Below the pieces are notes generated by a model that had not been told where the DNA came from, did no database searches, and worked only from the letters and a program-made list of their open reading frames with translations. A DNA stretch of 64,000 nt from an uncultured delta proteobacterium (GTDB lineage: Bacteria; Desulfobacterota; Binatia; Binatales; Binataceae), in the NCBI GenBank assembly GCA_963765675.1, contig CAVXXK010000001.1, positions 2,240,001 to 2,304,000 on the forward strand. The letters run 5' to 3'. Shown one piece after another: positions 28,496 through 38,686 of this stretch. Both the position numbers and the translations under genes were made by a program. How positions within the stretch are numbered: the stretch's first letter is position 1; each line of letters opens with the position of its first letter.

Positions 28496-28968
28496 GACGC
28501 GCCGCCGGCCGACGCAAAACGTGCGCCCCACAGGTTTACGCGTTCGGGATCGATTCGCACGATCGGGTTGCGCTCCGGAGCCAGGACCATCGCACGGTAC
28601 TGGATATACTTGTCGCGCAGGTTGCGCAGCGCGAGCATGTACTCCTCTCCGTCGGCGACGACGGTTGCGCGTCCACGCACCATCACGAACGCGAGCTGGC
28701 CCCAGTCTTCCTCGTAGTGATCGATGACAATCGCGACGGAAGGATTAGCGGCGATATTGCGCATCCGCTTGATCGCGCCGCCGGAACCGCGTCGCTTGGG
28801 CTTCTCGTCGATCACGAAATAGAAATGCGCGCCGTCGAACCAGTAACACAGCGGGACCGCGTGAGGCGAGGCGGCCGCGTCGGCGGTGGCCAGATGCGCG
28901 ATTCGCGCGGCGCCAAGAAAATCGCGCACGCGCGGTTCCTCGAGCACGGCGATCGGCGACTGGCTCAT
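28492..28968 (-). CDS. PPOX-class (putative F420-dependent) oxidoreductase
   Basis: AHLATAD..PH.VP, IDEKPK, R.RNI.ANP.V...IDHY.EDW..L, LRDKY.QY. Confidence 0.85.
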   Translation of the reverse strand: MSQSPIAVLEEPRVRDFLGAARIAHLATADAAASPHAVPLCYWFDGAHFYFVIDEKPKRRGSGGAIKRMRNIAANPSVAIVIDHYEEDWGQLAFVMVRGRATVVADGEEYMLALRNLRDKYIQYRAMVLAPERNPIVRIDPERVNLWGARFASAGGAS

Positions 28969-29798
28969 CTGTCAGGCTCCTGTCCGTCTCCCGCAAGGCG
29001 TTTTAGTGCCGCACGCGCGGCTCGCGAGAGTCCGGAATCGAGCTCCCGACTGGCGGCGCGTTCCAAAGCCTCGAGCACCTGCGGCGACGCGTGCGAGATA
29101 AGCCCCAGCGCGGCGGCGGCGGCGCGGCGCACACCGGGATTCGGATCGGACTCGAGAATTTGCGCCGCGATCGCGGACGCCTCAGACGGATAGGCCGGCA
29201 GGCGCGCGAGAATCGCAAGGCTCGCCAGGCGGACGTGCGTGTCCTCGGCGGCACTGGCGAGGATCGCGGCCGCGAGTACGTCTTCGCCGTCGGGAGCGAG
29301 GTCGCGCAGGCAATAGAGCGCCATCTTGCGCGCGTCGGGAGCGCCGCGACGGGCGAGTGCCAGCAGTCCCGTGCGGACTTCAGCGGGATATTCGGCGCCG
29401 AGCCGCATGATCAGATCGTGCGCGGCCCATCGCACGTCGCCGTCGGAATCGCCGAGAGCTTCGTAGAGCGCATCAGCGGCGCGGAGTTCGAACGCCTCGC
29501 CGCTGATAAGACCGAGTGCGTAGGCGGCGCCAAACCGCGCGCGCGGCGCGACGGTCGCCAGGAGAGCGTGAAGCGATGTCACGATCGCGGGATTGTGCGG
29601 GGCGGCAATCGCGGCGGCCTCGGCAGCGTGGCGGCGAACCGCTTTGCTTTCCGCGCCGAGGCATCGCATTAGAGCGCGAACTGCTGCGTCGCTCAGGCGG
29701 ATATCGGGAGCGCGCGCGATCTGGGCGATCGCGCCGAGCTGAATCTCAGGATCCTCGAGCGCGGCGGCGATTTCGTCTGCGTCGATCGCGATACTCAC
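28965..29798 (-). CDS. HEAT-repeat protein
   Basis: Repeated VRR.AA.ALG / D.D..VR.AA units. Confidence 0.8.
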   Translation of the reverse strand: MSIAIDADEIAAALEDPEIQLGAIAQIARAPDIRLSDAAVRALMRCLGAESKAVRRHAAEAAAIAAPHNPAIVTSLHALLATVAPRARFGAAYALGLISGEAFELRAADALYEALGDSDGDVRWAAHDLIMRLGAEYPAEVRTGLLALARRGAPDARKMALYCLRDLAPDGEDVLAAAILASAAEDTHVRLASLAILARLPAYPSEASAIAAQILESDPNPGVRRAAAAALGLISHASPQVLEALERAASRELDSGLSRAARAALKRLAGDGQEPDR

Positions 29799-30832
29799 GC
29801 CGCCTCCGCGATAAGCCGGATAAGATTTTCGAGATCGCCGAGACCCAGGATAAAATTGCGCCTGTCGCCGTATGTATTCATCACCGCGCGAGTTACTGAC
29901 GGCAGATCGAGGGTCGTGCCGGCGAGTTCGCGGTCGAGCTCGGCGACGCCGGGCGAGTTGGCGATAAAGTCACCGGTCAGCATCAGCCGCTCGATCGTAA
30001 AATTGTCCGCGACCTCCAGCCACGCCTCGACCGCGCCGAGCTGCGCCGCGATCCGATTGCTGCGATTGAACGATTGCGGATCGGCCGACAGGCGCGGCCA
30101 TCGCGACGCGGCAAGCTCCGCTGCACGGCGCTCGACCTGCGCATGCTCTTCGGGTTCGAGCGCGCGCTCGCGTATCGAGCCCGCAAAATCGCCGTAGCCG
30201 ACGACGATCGCGCGCGCGATTTCCGCGAATCCGATATTGCGACCGAGGATGCGCGCCAACGTCGTCGCGCTCTCGGGCCCGTACATCGGACAGCTCACGA
30301 TGCCTTCGGGGTCGAGCCGATCGAGATCGTGTACCAGTTCTTCCATCCCGCGATTCACCGCGATTGTCGCCTCGAACAGCATCGCGCCGCTGGCGGCGAC
30401 CTCGAACGAGCAGGCTGCGAGCTCGCGATGGTCAAAGGTTATCGCGTCGCGTCCGGGGTAGAAACACTCGACGCCGAGCGCGCGAAGGGCGGCGAGCAGT
30501 CCGCGCACGTAGCGATTCATCACCTGATCGGGTTTCAGCGCGGCGTCGCGCTCGGGCAGCAGTGCACCGATATGCGGCAGTATGAGTGCAATCGAGATCC
30601 ATCCGTCGCCCGCGCCGATCGCGCGGCCGCCGGTGAGCCGCCGCATCGCGCTGATTCCAGCGCGCTCCGGCGCGCCCGCAAAAAGATGATAACGCCCGAG
30701 CGAGACCATACGACCCGGCGTCGCAAAGACGATCAGAGTTGGCGCACTTAGGCGCTCGAACAGATAAAGTTCGAGGCCCGCAGGTTGAAGCGGCATAATC
30801 GACGGCAGGATGATCGCATCGAGCACGGCCAC
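29795..30832 (-). CDS. Lipoate-protein ligase A-like protein (divergent)
   Basis: VSLGRYH, RRLTGGRAI, C-terminal LTGDF domain; start uncertain (30832 or 30886). Confidence 0.7.
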   Translation of the reverse strand: MAVLDAIILPSIMPLQPAGLELYLFERLSAPTLIVFATPGRMVSLGRYHLFAGAPERAGISAMRRLTGGRAIGAGDGWISIALILPHIGALLPERDAALKPDQVMNRYVRGLLAALRALGVECFYPGRDAITFDHRELAACSFEVAASGAMLFEATIAVNRGMEELVHDLDRLDPEGIVSCPMYGPESATTLARILGRNIGFAEIARAIVVGYGDFAGSIRERALEPEEHAQVERRAAELAASRWPRLSADPQSFNRSNRIAAQLGAVEAWLEVADNFTIERLMLTGDFIANSPGVAELDRELAGTTLDLPSVTRAVMNTYGDRRNFILGLGDLENLIRLIAEAA

Positions 30833-30900
30833 GCAGTGATCGTAGGCTCGCAGACTCAAACAATCCACAGCACCGATTTCACGCATTCCGGCGAATTAAG

Positions 30901-31183
30901 GTGTCATTCCCGCGCGCGTGGCCGCCGCGCGCGAGGAATCCCGATCGAGGGGCCACTGCGTGAGGCGACGCTCGGCGCATGTACGCCTCGGGATTTCTCC
31001 CTTCGGTCGAAATGACGGATGTGGGCGCGGTGCGGAACTACCGTGGCCTCTACCGATCCCACAATCGTCATTTCGAGCCATAGGCGAGAAATCCCGAGAC
31101 GCTCGTGCACTAACCTGCGAGTGGCGATGGACCGGCGGGCAAGAACGGGATTCCGCGCGCGCGGGAGCCACACGACGGAATGA
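30901..31183. repeat. Cluster of four alternating-orientation GTCATT...GAAT/AATCCC REP-like elements
   Basis: Copies 30901-30944(+), 30987-31017(-), 31066-31098(+), 31146-31183(-). Confidence 0.75.
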
Positions 31184-31189
31184 AAGCGC

Positions 31190-32290
31190 TTAATGCTCTT
31201 CGCCGAAGAGGAAGATTGAAAACGCAATCAGCGCGAAGGTTGTGTTCGGCAGCCATGCCGCGACCCACGCCGGCATCAGGCCCGAGCGCCCGAGCGACGA
31301 CGTGATTCCGAACGCGAGCCAATAGCCGAAGCCGATCGCGATCGCGAGGCCGAAGCTGCGCCCGAGGCTCAAGTTGCGCGGCAGAGGGTCGAGCGACAGC
31401 GCCATCCCGAGTGCGACCATAATGAGGCACGAGATCGGCATCGCGTATTTCAAATCGCGATCGACGATATATCCGCCGGGGTCGAGCCCCTTCTGCCTGA
31501 GGCTTGCGATATAGTCGTTGAGTTCCCACAGGCTGAACTCCTCGGGGTCAAGGCGCAGGATTTCAAAGTCGGCAGGCTTCAGTCCGACGCGAAGCTTGTC
31601 GGCGTCCGAAGAGGTGACGGTTCCATTCTCGCCGACCGAGTAGGTGCTGATATCGGACGGGACCCATCGATTGTCTTTCCACACGGCGCTCTGCGCGTGG
31701 ACGATACTGCTCAGCTCGAAGTTCTTGTTGACGTGGTAGACGGTGATCCCGCTGAGCATCCGCTTCTTCTTGTCGTAGGCGTCGGCGGAAGCGAAGCCGT
31801 TGCCCAGGCGCACCCAGATACGCCGGTCGGCGAACACACCTTCGAGCTGCCGCTTCTTGAGCTCGACATGGTAGAGGTAGGTCGCTTCGCGGGTCGCGGC
31901 GGGAACCAATGTCTCGCTGAGCGCGAAGTTGAAAATCGAGATCAGAAAAGCGACGAACAGCACCGGGATCGCCATCTCGAGGCGGCTGATGCCAAGCTGC
32001 TGGCAGGCAAGCACCTCGCCCGAGCGATTCAGAATCGCGAAGCCGAGCAGCACGCCGGCAAGGCATGCGACCGGCGTTATCTGCGAGACGATCAGTGGAA
32101 TCTTGAGCGCGAAATATTCGAGCCCGATAAGTCCGAGACCGCCGTACTTGATCAGATCGTTGACGCGGTCGAACATGTCGCCGAGCAGATAGGCCGCGGT
32201 GAACGCGGCGACGCAGACCAGGAACGGGCCGAAGAATTGGCCCGCCAGAAAGCGGTCCATAACTGGCGATAGGCGCGGGCGTATCGTCAT
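31190..32290 (-). CDS. lptG: LPS export ABC transporter permease LptG
   Basis: MDRFLA.., GEVLA....GIS, 3+3 TM with periplasmic beta domain, AAWLPN. Confidence 0.9.
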   Translation of the reverse strand: MTIRPRLSPVMDRFLAGQFFGPFLVCVAAFTAAYLLGDMFDRVNDLIKYGGLGLIGLEYFALKIPLIVSQITPVACLAGVLLGFAILNRSGEVLACQQLGISRLEMAIPVLFVAFLISIFNFALSETLVPAATREATYLYHVELKKRQLEGVFADRRIWVRLGNGFASADAYDKKKRMLSGITVYHVNKNFELSSIVHAQSAVWKDNRWVPSDISTYSVGENGTVTSSDADKLRVGLKPADFEILRLDPEEFSLWELNDYIASLRQKGLDPGGYIVDRDLKYAMPISCLIMVALGMALSLDPLPRNLSLGRSFGLAIAIGFGYWLAFGITSSLGRSGLMPAWVAAWLPNTTFALIAFSIFLFGEEH

Positions 32291-33480
32291 GCGGCCTGCC
32301 GGTTTTTTTCGTAGCGTTCGACAAATTCCCACAGGAAGTCGCCGGGGCCGCGCCCCTGGTTGCCCTTGTCCTGCGCGGCGCGGACGAACAGCCATACCGC
32401 CAGCACCAGGAAAACCACGTCAGGTATGCTCATCGCGATGTAGGCGTTGAGCGAGCCGCGCTCCGCGAGCGTCCTGCCGACGCGCATGATCGAGTAGTAA
32501 AGAAAAAACAACGCCACCGCGACGCCGAAGCGCTCCGAATGGCCTCCGCGCGCGGGCTTCAGCCCGAGCGAGATCCCGAGCAGCGCGAACAGCAGGGTGG
32601 CAAACGGAACCATGTATTTTGCGGCGAGCTCGGTCTCGGCTTCGTGGTCGGGCTTGCCGCGCGCGCGCGCCGCGTCGATTCGCTGAATCAGCGCGCCATA
32701 CGAGAGTTCGTCCGCGTCGCGATCGAGCGAAGCGGCGCCGCCTTCCTTGGGACGAATGGTCAAATCGTAAACCCGAAAACTCGTCACGTGGCTTTGATCG
32801 CTCGCCGCCTCGGAACCGAACAGCGACCCGTCGAACAGCCTGAGCGTGGTGCCGCCGGTCTTTTCGTCGGGCAGCACCAGGCCGTGAGTCGCGATAATTG
32901 TGTTCTGCTGCTTGGGGTCGCGCGAGTCGGCGATCAGGACGCCATGCAGGCTGCCGTCTTCATCGGAGATCTTGTCGACGTAGATCATGATTCGCGGCAG
33001 ATCGTCGTTGAAGACTTTTTCGCGCAGGCCGGCCGCGGCCTTGGTTCGGGTCAGGTAGTAGAGTTGATCCTGCAGGCGCGAGTCCGCCCACGGTCGCACC
33101 GAGAACGCGAACCACGACGCCACCAGGTAAACAACGAAAGCGACCGCCATCACCGGCACCGCGAGCCGATAGAGGCTGATTCCGCTGGCGCGGGCCGCCG
33201 TCATCTCCTGGTCGTTCGACATCCGCCCGAAGCCGAGCAGGACGCCCAGCAGCACCGCCATCCCGAGCGTCAATTCGAGAAACGCCGGCATGATATAGGC
33301 GATAAGGCCGATCACCTCGCCGATGCTGACCCCATGATTCACCACCATCTCGGTTAGTTTGAGCATCCGTCCGGTGACGAGAGTAAAGGTGAGCAGGCCC
33401 ACGCCCATTCCGAACGGCAGGAGCACTTCGAGCGCAACGTAGCGGTCGATAATCGTTATTCTTGGAAACGCGAGCTTCAA
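32287..33480 (-). CDS. lptF: LPS export ABC transporter permease LptF
   Basis: IIDRYV..E, GRMSNDQEMTAARASGIS; TTG start inferred at 33480. Confidence 0.9.
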   Translation of the reverse strand: MKLAFPRITIIDRYVALEVLLPFGMGVGLLTFTLVTGRMLKLTEMVVNHGVSIGEVIGLIAYIMPAFLELTLGMAVLLGVLLGFGRMSNDQEMTAARASGISLYRLAVPVMAVAFVVYLVASWFAFSVRPWADSRLQDQLYYLTRTKAAAGLREKVFNDDLPRIMIYVDKISDEDGSLHGVLIADSRDPKQQNTIIATHGLVLPDEKTGGTTLRLFDGSLFGSEAASDQSHVTSFRVYDLTIRPKEGGAASLDRDADELSYGALIQRIDAARARGKPDHEAETELAAKYMVPFATLLFALLGISLGLKPARGGHSERFGVAVALFFLYYSIMRVGRTLAERGSLNAYIAMSIPDVVFLVLAVWLFVRAAQDKGNQGRGPGDFLWEFVERYEKNRQAA

Positions 33481-33606
33481 TACAGCCGCCCGATTCGCGC
33501 GGGATTCATCCGAATCATCCGAGTCTAAAGGTTGGCGCGCGCGATTGAAACCGCTGCCCCGCCTCCGACAGGCACAAGCAGCAGCGGTCTGATAACATCG
33601 GAGACG

Positions 33607-34506
33607 ATGAAGAAAACCTATCCGCACGGCAAGCGCTTCGATCGGCGCGACTCGCGCGCGACGAATGTTCCGCCGCGCGATCCCCGCGAGCGCAGCCAGA
33701 ATCCGGAGCGTCGCGATGATCGCGCGATACCTGATCGGCGCGACAGCCGCTCTGGAAGCGATCGCGATATCGTGTTCGGCGCCGAGCCGATACGCGAGCT
33801 GATCGCGGCTGCTCCCAACGCCGTTCGCGTGCTGCACGTCCGCGCCGGCGACGAGCGCCGCTTCATCACCGAAATCGAGCGAGTGCGCGCGGCAGGAGGA
33901 CGAATCGCGAGCGCCGAGGATGACGCGCTCATTCGGATGGCCGGCCGCGACGCGCGTCATCAAGGAGTAGTCGCCGAGGTCCGCGAATATTCGTACGCCG
34001 CCTTCGATGAGGTAATCGCCGCGGGCTACGACCCACTAATCATCGTCGATGGAGTAACCGACCCGCGCAACCTGGGGGCGCTGATGCGCTCGGCCGAAGG
34101 CGCCGGCGTTCCGGCGGTGATCCTCGCGCGCGACCGAACGGTAGGAGTAACGCCGGCGGCGATCAAATCTTCGGCGGGAGCGTGGGTGCATTTGAAGATC
34201 GCGCGATGCGGCAATGTCGCGCGCGCGCTCGAGCAGATGAAAGAGGCGGGCTACTGGGTAGTCGCGCTCGCGCCGGGCGCAACGACGTCGATCTACGATC
34301 TCGACACCGCGCGCAAGCTCGCGATCGTGGTCGGCTCCGAAGGCGCGGGGGTGCGCGAAATCGTGAAGAAGACGGCGGACTACGTGGCGGCAATCCCGAT
34401 GCGCGGACGGGTCGATTCGCTCAATGTCTCGGTAGCGGCGGCGGTTGCGCTGTTCGAGATCGCGCGGCGGCGGATTGCCACGGCGGAAAGTTTACGTGCT
34501 CGCTGA
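33607..34506 (+). CDS. rlmB: 23S rRNA (guanosine2251-2'-O)-methyltransferase
   Basis: [37 protein letters not shown] (SPOUT). Confidence 0.93.
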   Translation: MKKTYPHGKRFDRRDSRATNVPPRDPRERSQNPERRDDRAIPDRRDSRSGSDRDIVFGAEPIRELIAAAPNAVRVLHVRAGDERRFITEIERVRAAGGRIASAEDDALIRMAGRDARHQGVVAEVREYSYAAFDEVIAAGYDPLIIVDGVTDPRNLGALMRSAEGAGVPAVILARDRTVGVTPAAIKSSAGAWVHLKIARCGNVARALEQMKEAGYWVVALAPGATTSIYDLDTARKLAIVVGSEGAGVREIVKKTADYVAAIPMRGRVDSLNVSVAAAVALFEIARRRIATAESLRAR

Positions 34507-37224
34507 GGCAGCCTCGACCGCGTCTGCGATCGCGCCCAGCAAAGTTGCGCGCTTCACCGGCTTGCTGACATGCAGATCGCATCCGGCTTCGAGCGAGCGA
34601 TGAATTGATTCATCGAGCGCCGAGGCGCTGAGCGCGATAATCGGCGTGTGCGCGCGCCCAGTTTGAGCCTCGTAGCGCCGGATCATCCGCGTCGCGCCAT
34701 AGCCGTCGAGCACCGGCATCTGGATGTCCATCAGGATCAGGTCGGGTTGTCCGGTGACAAATTTGTCGTAGGCGACTTTGCCGTTCTCGGCCATATCGAG
34801 ATGGTAGGGAGTCTTCTTCAGGTACGCCTCGACCAGCATCCGATTATCCGCCGAATCGTCGGCGAGCAGGATTCGCAGAGGTCGATCGAGGATGCGCGCA
34901 AGTAGTGGCGCGACCGGCACCGGCGCTTCGGAACTGGCCGCGGAGATCGGTTCCAGATGCGCGGTGAAATGGAATCTGCTGCCAGTACCCGGTGTGCTTT
35001 CGACCCACACCTTTCCGCCCATCAACGTCGCCAGCCGATCGACGATGGCAAGTCCCAGGCCGCTGCCGCCGTATTTGCGCGTGGTCGAGGAATCAGCCTG
35101 CGTAAATGGAGAGAAAACGTTCGCCAGCTCGCGCGGGGTCAGGCCGATACCAGTATCGGCCACCGTAAATTCGAGCATCGCGGGACGACTTTCGCCCGAG
35201 CCGGCGGCGGGCGCGACGCTGATCGTGATCGTGCCGGTTTCGGTGAACTTGATCGCGTTGCCGACCAGGTTGATCAGGATTTGCCGCAAGCGCAGCGCGT
35301 CGCCTTCGACGATCGGAGAAACCGCGGGATCCATCCGGGTCACGAGTTGAAGCTGCTTTTCGCCAGCGCGCACCGAGAACATCTCGCCCACACCCGCGAG
35401 CAGATCGGCCAGATCGAACTTCGCGTGCTCGAGGCTCATCCGTCCGCTTTCAACCTTGGCGAAGTCGAGCACTCCGTTGATCAACTCGAGCAACGCGTTG
35501 CCGCTCGAGATCACGGTGGCCAGATAGCGGCGCTGGTCCGCGCTGAGCTCGGAATCCCACAGCAAATCCGCCATCCCGAGGATCGCGTTCATCGGGGTAC
35601 GGATCTCGTGCGACATGCTCGAGACAAATTCGGACTTCGCGCGAGAGGCGGCTAGGGCGGCATCGCGCGCGGCGGCAAGCTCGGATTCGATCCGCTTGCG
35701 TTCGGTAAAATTGCGTCCGGTGGTGACCAACAGCGGTTCGCCGTCGGCGCCGGTGATCACGCGTCCGGCGAAATCAAACGGAATCCAGTCGCCGGAGATT
35801 CCAAGCAGCCGTACCTGGGTGTTGACGGTCTGGCCCGGGTTCTCGAAGCACCACGTCAGGACCCGCTTTTGCTCGTCGACATCTTCGGGATGCTCGAGCT
35901 CGTAGGCGGGACGGCCGAGAACATCCACGGCGTGGCGGCCGATATCGTGCAGCCCCTCCCCGCCGACGAAAACCAGGACTCCGGCGCGGTCGACCGCGAC
36001 GATCAGATCGGAAGAGGCATCGATAACGGTGCGAAGAAATTCGTCGCGGCGGCTGAGCTCTTCCCGCGCGCGCTTGCGCTCCGCGATATTGCGCATCGTC
36101 GCGACCAGGATCGGATTTCCATCGGGACCGGCCGAGACGCGCGCCATGAATTCGACCGGAATCCAACTGCCGTCGGGCGCGACGATGCGAGCCTCGGAAC
36201 GAATCGCGCGGCCGGGATTCTCAAACGCCGTCCTGATATTCGCGGCCTGCTCGCCGGTGTTCTCGCGATGCACAAATTCGAGGGCGCTGCGCCCGACTAT
36301 CTGAGCATGCGAATATCCCAGGGAGCGCGGCCCGTCTCCACCCGCGAACAGGATTGTGCCCGCCGCATCCATCGCGAGCACGGTGTCGGCGGAGATCTCG
36401 ATAAGCGAACGATAGTACTGTTCTTTGCGCCGAAGCTCCTGCTCGGCCAGCATCCGTTCGGTGATATCGGTCGCTACCGACATCGCGCCGACGATCCGCT
36501 GATGCGCACTGCGCACCGGCGAATACCAAACCTCGAAAATATGCCCATTGAGGTTCTCGATCGCGGTCTGCGCCTTGCCCGCCAGGGCCTCGCGCGCGTG
36601 AATCGCGGTCGGGCTTTCAGGCAAGACGATGTCGTAAATCGAGCGACCCACCATCTCGTCCTGTGCCAGTCCCAACGCGCCAAGTCCGGCACCTTTCGAC
36701 ACGGTTACTATCGACTTGGTGTTCATCACCGTCATCGTGACCGGCGCGTTAGTCAGGACATCCTGTAACCGGCCATCGGCGTACCGGAGTTGAGCTTGCG
36801 TGCGTTTAAGGTCGCTGATATCGCGGCTGATGCCAAGCGAGCATTGCTCGCCGTCAACTTCGATAAACACGGCGGAAATCAAAACGTCGAGAAGGCGACC
36901 ACCGCTAACGGCGACAGAGGTTTCGTGATTGCGCACTACGCCGTCGCGCAGCAGCTGTTCGCTGAAGGCGCGGCTCTCCGGCGAATCGCGCCAGAAGCCG
37001 AGCTCCTCCGGAGTATGGCCGATCACCTGCTCGCGCGGATATCCGCTCATCCGGACGAATTCGTCGTTTACCTCGAGGTAGCGGCCGGTCTCGATTCGCG
37101 TAATCGACATCGCGTCGGTGCTGTACTGGAAGATGCGCCGGAACTTGTCGTCGCCGGCCGCGATCGGCGTCGAAGATGTAGCGACGCCATTGAGGCGGCG
37201 AGGAATTGCCGGATCATTCTTCAT
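34492..37224 (-). CDS. Cytoplasmic hybrid sensor kinase (4 PAS-HisKA-HATPase-REC)
   Basis: Four PAS/PAC blocks; [33 protein letters not shown] with ILMDIQMP and KP. Confidence 0.93.
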   Translation of the reverse strand: MKNDPAIPRRLNGVATSSTPIAAGDDKFRRIFQYSTDAMSITRIETGRYLEVNDEFVRMSGYPREQVIGHTPEELGFWRDSPESRAFSEQLLRDGVVRNHETSVAVSGGRLLDVLISAVFIEVDGEQCSLGISRDISDLKRTQAQLRYADGRLQDVLTNAPVTMTVMNTKSIVTVSKGAGLGALGLAQDEMVGRSIYDIVLPESPTAIHAREALAGKAQTAIENLNGHIFEVWYSPVRSAHQRIVGAMSVATDITERMLAEQELRRKEQYYRSLIEISADTVLAMDAAGTILFAGGDGPRSLGYSHAQIVGRSALEFVHRENTGEQAANIRTAFENPGRAIRSEARIVAPDGSWIPVEFMARVSAGPDGNPILVATMRNIAERKRAREELSRRDEFLRTVIDASSDLIVAVDRAGVLVFVGGEGLHDIGRHAVDVLGRPAYELEHPEDVDEQKRVLTWCFENPGQTVNTQVRLLGISGDWIPFDFAGRVITGADGEPLLVTTGRNFTERKRIESELAAARDAALAASRAKSEFVSSMSHEIRTPMNAILGMADLLWDSELSADQRRYLATVISSGNALLELINGVLDFAKVESGRMSLEHAKFDLADLLAGVGEMFSVRAGEKQLQLVTRMDPAVSPIVEGDALRLRQILINLVGNAIKFTETGTITISVAPAAGSGESRPAMLEFTVADTGIGLTPRELANVFSPFTQADSSTTRKYGGSGLGLAIVDRLATLMGGKVWVESTPGTGSRFHFTAHLEPISAASSEAPVPVAPLLARILDRPLRILLADDSADNRMLVEAYLKKTPYHLDMAENGKVAYDKFVTGQPDLILMDIQMPVLDGYGATRMIRRYEAQTGRAHTPIIALSASALDESIHRSLEAGCDLHVSKPVKRATLLGAIADAVEAASAST

Positions 37225-37381
37225 AAGTGAAGCCGACCGCGGTGGGATGCGAAGCGATCAGCGTCGCGGCGCATCGGAGGCTCCAAGCAAGGGGAGCAAT
37301 CGCGATGCCATCGGCGGCGCGTGTTTTGCGGAACCTTGGAGGCCTCAAGGCGGGCGTGACACCGGATTGCGCGGCGTAAAG

Positions 37382-37517
37382 CTCGGACCCGGCGGTCTGA
37401 CCTTGAATGGGGGTGGTCGGGATGCTTCCAGATGAGACGAGAGTGTCCCATGTTCGAACCGACTGCCCGTCCTTGGAAGATAGGAGCCCGTGCCGATCAG
37501 AGGTTCCTGGCGCCGAG
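37382..37517. ncRNA. Candidate structured ncRNA (irregular rod with central bubble; 6S-like?)
   Basis: Nested pairings CTCGG/CCGAG, TCTGA/TCAGA, GGGTGGTCGG/CCGACTGCCC, ATGAGAC/GTCCCAT. Confidence 0.3.
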
Positions 37518-37572
37518 GGGAGGGTAAGAGAGCAAGAAGTGCGCCCTTATCCTCGCTCAGACTGGCCTGAGC

Positions 37573-37601
37573 TTGACTCTTCTAAAGGGGCCTAATAAGT
37601 T
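37573..37601 (+). promoter_or_regulatory. Sigma70-type promoter of tRNA cluster
   Basis: TTGACT-17 nt-TAAGTT, 20 nt before tRNA-Thr. Confidence 0.65.
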
Positions 37602-37621
37602 TCCCTCCTTAACGTCGATTT

Positions 37622-37693
37622 GCCGATGTAGCTCAACGGTAGAGCAACTGATTTGTAATCAGTAGGTTGCGAGTTCGATTCTCGCCATCGGCT
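37622..37693 (+). tRNA. tRNA-Thr(TGT), CCA not encoded
   Basis: Cloverleaf; ACTGA-TT TGT AA-TCAGT anticodon arm. Confidence 0.95.
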
Positions 37694-37716
37694 TGGCACG
37701 GAAGGAAAGGCCTAGC

Positions 37717-37802
<86 letters not shown>

Positions 37803-37823
37803 GATATACTCGGAACCAGGAGA

Positions 37824-37899
37824 GCGGGAATAGCTCAGTTGGTAGAGCGCGAGCCTTCCAAGCTCGGGGTCGCGGGTTCGAGTCCCGTTTCCCGCTCCA
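37824..37899 (+). tRNA. tRNA-Gly(TCC)
   Basis: CGAGC-CT TCC AA-GCTCG, CCA end. Confidence 0.96.
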
Positions 37900-37958
37900 C
37901 TCCAAGCTCGCGCCGGAAGTTTCGCGCGGGAGGCGCCTGGATGAGATTGCAGAACCGG

Positions 37959-38034
<76 letters not shown>

Positions 38035-38081
38035 AAATACAAATTGTGCTAATTTAGCGGATCGCGCGTGAGGATCTTAAG

Positions 38082-38246
38082 ATGGCGGCAGTAAGAGAAC
38101 TAATCGGCCTCGCATGTGACGGATGCAAGCGGCGCAACTATACGACCACCAAGAACCGCAAAACACACACTGACAAGTTTTCGATCAAAAAGTTTTGTCC
38201 GAGCTGCCGGACCCATACGCTGCACCGCGAGCACAAGGTCAGCTAG
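38082..38246 (+). CDS. rpmG: 50S ribosomal protein L33 (Zn-ribbon form)
   Basis: Manual translation MAAVRELIGLACDGCKRRNYTTTKN...KKFCPSCRTHTLHREHKVS. Confidence 0.95.
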   Translation: MAAVRELIGLACDGCKRRNYTTTKNRKTHTDKFSIKKFCPSCRTHTLHREHKVS

Positions 38247-38274
38247 CCCGGGCAAGCGCGGACGCGTGAATAGC

Positions 38275-38351
38275 GGGTCAGTAGCTCTAATTGGCAGAGC
38301 ATCGGACTCCAAATCCGAGGGTTGCAGGTTCGACCCCTGCCTGGCCCGCCA
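38275..38351 (+). tRNA. tRNA-Trp(CCA)
   Basis: TCGGA-CT CCA AA-TCCGA, G73, CCA end. Confidence 0.95.
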
Positions 38352-38393
38352 AATTATCCGCGGCCGCCGCGGCTCTTGTACGGTGATGTAAAA

Positions 38394-38597
38394 ATGGATA
38401 GCCTAAAAAGTTACCTCAACCAGGGCGTTAGCTTCGTCCAGGAATCCTGGAACGAACTTGCGAAGGTCCATTACCCGTCGCCCAAAGAAACCATGCAGGC
38501 GACGATTGTGGTTATCGCGTTGACCTTCGTGATGGCGATATGGCTGGGGCTGGTCGATGCGGGCGCAACCCGTATCGTGCGGGCGCTTCTGAAATGA
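38394..38597 (+). CDS. secE: Preprotein translocase SecE
   Basis: ELAKVHYPSPKE + TM helix; position before nusG. Confidence 0.92.
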   Translation: MDSLKSYLNQGVSFVQESWNELAKVHYPSPKETMQATIVVIALTFVMAIWLGLVDAGATRIVRALLK

Positions 38598-38686
38598 GGA
38601 CGCTTGGAAATTAGCAGACGCCGGCGGATTATCCGGCCGGCGCGCGACCTCAACCGACTTAAGGCACGCCACTTCGTAAGGCACCG

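Noticed and set aside
30901-31183. Possible CRISPR array
   Set aside because: Units alternate in orientation, are degenerate with irregular spacing, and no cas genes are present; REP-like instead.
37221-37595. Small ORFs 37221-37451(-) and 37407-37595(+)
   Set aside because: No motifs and atypical composition; they overlap the candidate RNA and promoter region.
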